DNA from: an uncultured Thermococci archaeon
GTDB lineage: Archaea > Methanobacteriota_B > Thermococci > Thermococcales > Thermococcaceae
DNA length: 23,509 nucleotides
NCBI GenBank assembly: GCA_964487115.1
Contig: CAZAPD010000109.1
Location: 1-23,509 of the forward strand
Reading direction: 5' to 3'
The notes beneath the pieces are model-generated. The model saw only the letters and a program-made list of their open reading frames with translations, ran no database searches and was not told the DNA's origin. Positions within the stretch are counted from its first letter, which is position 1. The number at the start of each line of letters is the position of its first letter. Of this stretch, positions 19,297 through 23,509 are shown piece after piece. The position numbers and the translations under genes are program-made.

Positions 19297-19496
19297 GCTC
19301 CTCCTTCATGTATTTTGTTGCCGCTTCAGCTTCAGCGGGAGTTCCATCGATGAGCAACTCGTGTATCCTTCTAAGGGTCATCTCATACTCATGTTCCCTA
19401 ATTTTGTGCTCTATGAACTTCTGGGCTTCAGTTTATATCGAGTTCCTTCATTTTGGCTTTAAGCTCGTTGGGATACAGACCCCAATAACTGCACAT
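19283..19496 (-). pseudogene. vapB: Degraded VapB-type (RHH) antitoxin
   Basis: Fragments AVIGVCIP / ELKAKMKELDIN*S / QKFIEHKIREHEYEMTLRRIHELL...KYMKEERDSN*; the end overlaps the vapC start in the usual vapBC coupling. Confidence 0.8.
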
Positions 19497-19521
19497 ATTT
19501 GTAATGCATTTTTATAAACAT

Positions 19522-20913
19522 TCATACCTTAACGTACTTCCACTTCCCACGCTTAAAAACATACCAGAACAGAGCGGCTGTTGTGAAAGTCTCCAAACTC
19601 ATGGCTATCCAAGCGGCTATAACACCCAGACCATGAAATGTAAGGCCTGGGAAGACTATCTTCCAGATTTCAAATGCAGGTACTGAGAAACCAAAGCCCA
19701 GAAGATAAGCAGGCACTATTCTGAAAAGCAACTTGCTTATGGCTGTTATATACATTGGGCTTTTTGTATCGCCTGCTCCTCTAAGAGCTCCCCCAAGAAC
19801 AAAGACCCATCCAAGGGGTATTTCGCTTATCCCCACGATTATGAGGTATATAGCAGCGAGCCTGAGCACCTCGCTGTAATTTGGATCGCTGGAGCTGATG
19901 AAAGGCATGACAAGATAGCGAGGAAATGCTATAAGGATGATGGCCATAACAGTCATAAAAAGCCCTACCATTTTGAGAGCTTCATAAACAGTTCTCTCAG
20001 CCCTGTCCGGCCTTTTAGCACCGAGATTCTGTCCGACGAGTGCAGACGTGGCAACATTGAATCCAAATGCAGGCATGTATGCTATGCTTTCCACTCTGAG
20101 GCCAACCTGATGAGCTGCTAAAGCCACCGTTCCAAAACGTGTCACTATGCTCATGTAGAGAAAGTTATAAAAGCTAAAGAGACCACGTTCTACCATAGTC
20201 GGGATTCCAACACGCAGGATTCTCTTCGCCATCTCCAAATGGAAGGAATAGCTGAGTTTCAACCTCAAAACGAGCCGGCCGCTAAGAAGGAGATATGCAC
20301 CTATAACGAAAGCCGCAGTTATCCCTGCTCCCGAAGCCCATGCGGCTCCAACAGGACCGAGCTTTGGAAAGCCCAACTTTCCGAATATGAGGAGATAGTC
20401 GAGAAGGGCGTTGATTATGTTCATGAGAATTCCAAGCTTCATTGGTGTCTTCGTATCTCCCGCACCCCTCAAAGCAGCCATTGTAGTGAAGCTAACGAAT
20501 CTGATTGGGTAGAATGCAAATAGAATCCTTATGTAAGCATAACCAAGCTGCACAACATCTTCATTAGCACCCATTATCCTGAGGATATCACCTCCAAAGA
20601 GCCATCCGAAGAGCATCACAGGAATTCCAAGGAGAAAGGCCAAATAAAGGCTCTGCTCAAGAGCGAGGGTAGCGTTTTCTTCATCCTTCGCACCTACAAA
20701 TCTGGCTATCAAAGCCAACGAACCAGTGGCGACAGCTGCCATTATGGGCATCATAAACCAGCTGACCTGACCTCCAAGTCCCACCGCCGCTATTGCCAAT
20801 GCTCCCACATGCCCCACCATCATAGTATCCACTAAGTTGAGGAGGGTCTGGGAGATATTCCCCATTATTGCAGGCCAGGCCAGCTTCCAAAGTTTCTTCT
20901 GAATTTTATCCAT
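19522..20913 (-). CDS. MATE family efflux transporter
   Basis: LAWP, VDTMMVG, duplicated LRGAGDTK.PM, GPVGAAWAS and LVGQNLGA motifs, about 12 TM; ATG 20913 (GTG 20922 is an alternative). Confidence 0.95.
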   Translation of the reverse strand: MDKIQKKLWKLAWPAIMGNISQTLLNLVDTMMVGHVGALAIAAVGLGGQVSWFMMPIMAAVATGSLALIARFVGAKDEENATLALEQSLYLAFLLGIPVMLFGWLFGGDILRIMGANEDVVQLGYAYIRILFAFYPIRFVSFTTMAALRGAGDTKTPMKLGILMNIINALLDYLLIFGKLGFPKLGPVGAAWASGAGITAAFVIGAYLLLSGRLVLRLKLSYSFHLEMAKRILRVGIPTMVERGLFSFYNFLYMSIVTRFGTVALAAHQVGLRVESIAYMPAFGFNVATSALVGQNLGAKRPDRAERTVYEALKMVGLFMTVMAIILIAFPRYLVMPFISSSDPNYSEVLRLAAIYLIIVGISEIPLGWVFVLGGALRGAGDTKSPMYITAISKLLFRIVPAYLLGFGFSVPAFEIWKIVFPGLTFHGLGVIAAWIAMSLETFTTAALFWYVFKRGKWKYVKV

Positions 20914-21155
20914 AGAGATCACTTAGACGATTATCTAAACGATAAAAGGTTTGTGGAGGTTAATAAAGTTTGTGTCACCTAACTATCTGAAATGGAATGT
21001 CGCTAAAGACACAATTAAAGAGCCAGATAAAGGGTTCTTTTTGAGCCTAAGAACGAAACACATTAAATATCAAGCTCATAAGAACTATTGGAGCAAACTG
21101 TGCTGAGGATGAGAGTAAAACCATGAATGGCCTTAAATTCTCTTGTCTAAAACAA

Positions 21156-21237
21156 CACACTGTCAGGATAAGGAGAATCCCAGACAACCCTGAGGAGTAT
21201 AAAACACGCAGGTGCTAACAGTTATCCTAACAGTAAC
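21156..21237. mobile_element. Short element bounded by 13-bp inverted repeats; probable non-autonomous IS remnant (IS6-like ends)
   Basis: ACTGTCAGGATAA (21159-21171) and TTATCCTAACAGT (21222-21234) are 12/13 reverse complements. Resemblance to Thermococcales IS6 ends is from recollection; no clear target duplication. Confidence 0.5.
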
Positions 21238-21241
21238 AAGC

Positions 21242-21252
21242 AAAATAAAAAA
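21242..21252 (-). terminator. Oligo-T archaeal terminator after rpl37e
   Basis: The minus strand reads TTTTTTATTTT just after the rpl37e stop. Confidence 0.55.
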
Positions 21253-21254
21253 GA

Positions 21255-21443
21255 TTAAAGCAGATTCTTAGCCTTCTTCCACTTTCTGCTCCAGCTGTAC
21301 TTTCTCATTCTCCTGCTCCTGCCAAAACCACATGCAGCACAGTATCCTTTCTTAACATTGAAGGATTTTCTGCCGCATCTCCTGCATTTTATGTGAGTCG
21401 GTGTCCTGTTTCTCTTCCCGTGTGGTGCTGTTCCACTTCCCAC
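21255..21443 (-). CDS. rpl37e: 50S ribosomal protein L37e
   Basis: [21 protein letters not shown]....[15 protein letters not shown] zinc-ribbon signature; GTG start with RBS GAGGTGA. Confidence 0.97.
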   Translation of the reverse strand: MGSGTAPHGKRNRTPTHIKCRRCGRKSFNVKKGYCAACGFGRSRRMRKYSWSRKWKKAKNLL

Positions 21444-21454
21444 AGTAAATCACC

Positions 21455-21685
21455 TCACTCGCTCTCTACAGGAGAAATTGCCAACACATTGTCTCCTCTA
21501 ATCACAATCTTGCCATACTGCTTCGTAACCTCTCCACCCTCCACAAGCTGGGCATTGGCAAGGACTATATTCAGGTGAATGTCATAACCGATGAGCCTTC
21601 CTCTAAACTCGAACCCCTTTTTCAGGATCACTAAAACATCTGTGTCAAGTGATTTGTGTATAACATCGAGTGGTCTTTCCGCCAT
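21455..21685 (-). CDS. Sm-like archaeal protein (Lsm/SmAP)
   Basis: ERPLD...G.L.GYD.HLN.VL Sm1 and IRGDNV Sm2 motifs; conserved position upstream of rpl37e. Confidence 0.95.
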   Translation of the reverse strand: MAERPLDVIHKSLDTDVLVILKKGFEFRGRLIGYDIHLNIVLANAQLVEGGEVTKQYGKIVIRGDNVLAISPVESE

Positions 21686-21807
21686 TTTCCTTCCCTCCTA
21701 AATAATCAAAGCCGATATCAAATTCATAACCGAGAAGTTGGTTTATAACTCTTTCCCTCCATCCAAAACATTTTTATGAATTTAGCTCATCTCCCTCTCA
21801 GGTGGTA

Positions 21808-23509
21808 ATGATGGGAATTGACAAATACGAAGTTCTTCAGGATTTGATGAAGAGGCGTGGTTTTGCATGGGGGAGCTTTGAAATCTACGGTGGTGCGAGA
21901 GGTTTTTATGATTATGGTCCTTTAGGAGCCACAATAAAGCGTAAAATCGAGCAGAAGATTAGAGAAGCCTTCATAAGGGAGGGCTTTTTCGAGTTGGAAA
22001 CGCCAGACATAACCCCGGAGAGGGTTTTCATTGCAAGTGGCCATGTTGAAAAGTTTGTTGACCCACTGGTAGAATGTAAAAAATGTGGTTTGAGATTCAG
22101 AGCAGATCACCTTGTTGAGGAAGTTCTCGACATTGAAACTGAAGGCCTTTCAGCTGAACACCTAACCCAGCTCATTAGAAAGCATGACATAAAATGTCCC
22201 GAATGCGGCGGTGAGCTTGGAGATGTATGGTATTTTAACCTGATGTTTGAGACATTTATCGGTCCCTATAAGGATAAAAAGGGCTATTTAAGGCCTGAAA
22301 CAGCCCAGGGAATATTCGTCAATTTCAAGAGACTAAATGCCTTTGCAAGGAACAGGCTACCCTTTGGTGTGTTTCAGATCGGTAAAGCATACAGGAATGA
22401 GATTTCACCAAGACAAGGAATGCTTCGTTTGAGAGAATTTACACAGGCGGAGGTTGAGATTTTCTTTAATCCAAAGGAGACAGAACATCCACACTTTGAT
22501 GAAGTTAAAGATACTTTTGTGAGGCTCTATCCAATAGAAAACCAACTTAAGGATCTTGGAATGATTGAGATGAGATTGGAAGAGGCTGTGAAGAAAGGCT
22601 ATGTCATGAATACATTCTTTGCCTATTACATGGCCATGGTGAAGAACATCCTCCTGGATATAGGCATCCCTGAAGATAAAATAAGGTTCAGACAGCAGTT
22701 ACCAGAGGAAAGAGCCCACTACTCCAGCGATACGTGGGATGTGGAGATATACAGCGAACGTTTTGGTTGGATAGAGTGTGTGGGTATAGCTTACCGCGGT
22801 GACTATGACCTTAGCAGACATAGGAAGATGAGTGGTGCCGATCTAACAGTTCTCATCCACTATGACAGGCCCAAAATCGTCAAACGTCTCAAAATGAGCC
22901 TCAATATGAAGCGCGTCGGACCGAAGCTAAAAAGCGATGCCAAGAGGATAAACGAGCTGATCCAGAGCTGGGATGAAGAAAAGCTCAGAACCATGGCCGA
23001 TATTTTGGAGAAAGACGGCAAAATTACCATAGAGAATTATGAGCTTGAGAGGGACGATTTCATTATCAAAGAGACTGAAGAGAAAATAACGGGCGAGAAG
23101 ATTGTTCCCCATGTCCTTGAACCAAGCTTTGGAATAGACAGGCCGTTCTACCTGCTCCTTGAGAACAGCCTCGTCATAGAAGAAGACAGAGCCTACCTCA
23201 AACTCAAGAGGGATATGGCACCAATCGAGGTAGCTGTGCTCCCTCTTGTTGCTAAGCAGCCTCTAAAAAGCATAGCCTATGATATTTTCAGAAATCTCCA
23301 GAAGGCGGGTTTTATAGCAGTTTATGACGAGAAGGACACCATCGGAAGACGCTACCTCAGATACGATGAGATAGGAACACCCTACTGCATAACAATAGAT
23401 AATCAGACCCCAGAAGATGGAACCGTGACCATTCGTGACAGGGACACGAGAGAACAGGTGAGAGTTAAGATTGAAGAACTGCCAGACAAGCTGAGGGAGC
23501 TTATTTTTG
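21808..23509 (+). CDS. glyS: Glycine--tRNA ligase (alpha2 type), stop codon just beyond the window
   Basis: Absent from the ORF track because there is no stop. Translates as MMGIDKYEVLQDLMKRRGF...EIYGG..GFYDYGPLG...LRPETAQG...YRNEISPRQG...EPSFGIDR...IGRRY.RYDEIGTP...DKLRELIF; first and last codons are in the same frame. Confidence 0.97.
   Translation, partial: MMGIDKYEVLQDLMKRRGFAWGSFEIYGGARGFYDYGPLGATIKRKIEQKIREAFIREGFFELETPDITPERVFIASGHVEKFVDPLVECKKCGLRFRADHLVEEVLDIETEGLSAEHLTQLIRKHDIKCPECGGELGDVWYFNLMFETFIGPYKDKKGYLRPETAQGIFVNFKRLNAFARNRLPFGVFQIGKAYRNEISPRQGMLRLREFTQAEVEIFFNPKETEHPHFDEVKDTFVRLYPIENQLKDLGMIEMRLEEAVKKGYVMNTFFAYYMAMVKNILLDIGIPEDKIRFRQQLPEERAHYSSDTWDVEIYSERFGWIECVGIAYRGDYDLSRHRKMSGADLTVLIHYDRPKIVKRLKMSLNMKRVGPKLKSDAKRINELIQSWDEEKLRTMADILEKDGKITIENYELERDDFIIKETEEKITGEKIVPHVLEPSFGIDRPFYLLLENSLVIEEDRAYLKLKRDMAPIEVAVLPLVAKQPLKSIAYDIFRNLQKAGFIAVYDEKDTIGRRYLRYDEIGTPYCITIDNQTPEDGTVTIRDRDTREQVRVKIEELPDKLRELIF

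Noticed and set aside
21123..21218. 31-codon plus-strand ORF (MNGLKFSCL...)
   Set aside because: No good RBS or recognisable motif, and it overlaps the inverted-repeat element.
21190..21238. Hammerhead ribozyme (CUGAGGA) or H/ACA RNA (ACA after the stem)
   Set aside because: No GAAA core after a proper stem II; the stem geometry and low GC do not fit a hyperthermophile H/ACA guide.
1..23509. CRISPR array, tRNA, rRNA, intein or intact transposase
   Set aside because: No regularly spaced repeats, cloverleaf or GC-rich structural RNA tracts, oversized genes or transposase motifs were seen by eye.

Overview
Archaeal chromosomal window, very likely Thermococcales. This rests on GGTGA/GAGGTGA ribosome-binding sites, BRE/TATA promoters, and the archaeal-type genes rpl35ae, rpl37e, Sm-like protein, pelota, trm1 and eukaryote/archaea-type GlyRS. 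Most of it is core housekeeping: cupin, Asp/Glu racemase, CorA, MBL hydrolase, Obg/YchF-like GTPase, CYTH protein, Lrp regulator, UbiX, diadenylate cyclase, sugar-phosphate nucleotidyltransferase, feoA-feoB-feoC-like, PP-loop ATPase, AIR-synthase-like protein, pelota, prolidase, L35Ae, Trm1, ferritin-VIT1 fusion, MATE, L37e, Lsm and glyS (runs off the right edge). Four things are not explained by the ORF track. (1) At the left edge, a Cys-rich frame continues straight through an in-frame TAG (9 Cys before, 9 after) and is followed by a small multi-TM membrane protein, resembling a secreted disulfide-rich peptide/immunity cassette. (2) Two DtxR-type operator boxes flank the feoA promoter. (3) A heavily decayed vapBC toxin-antitoxin pair lies at 18905-19496. 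(4) A ~80-bp element with 13-bp terminal inverted repeats lies downstream of rpl37e and is probably an IS remnant. No rRNA, tRNA or CRISPR array was seen. All family assignments are from motif recognition by eye; no database search was run.
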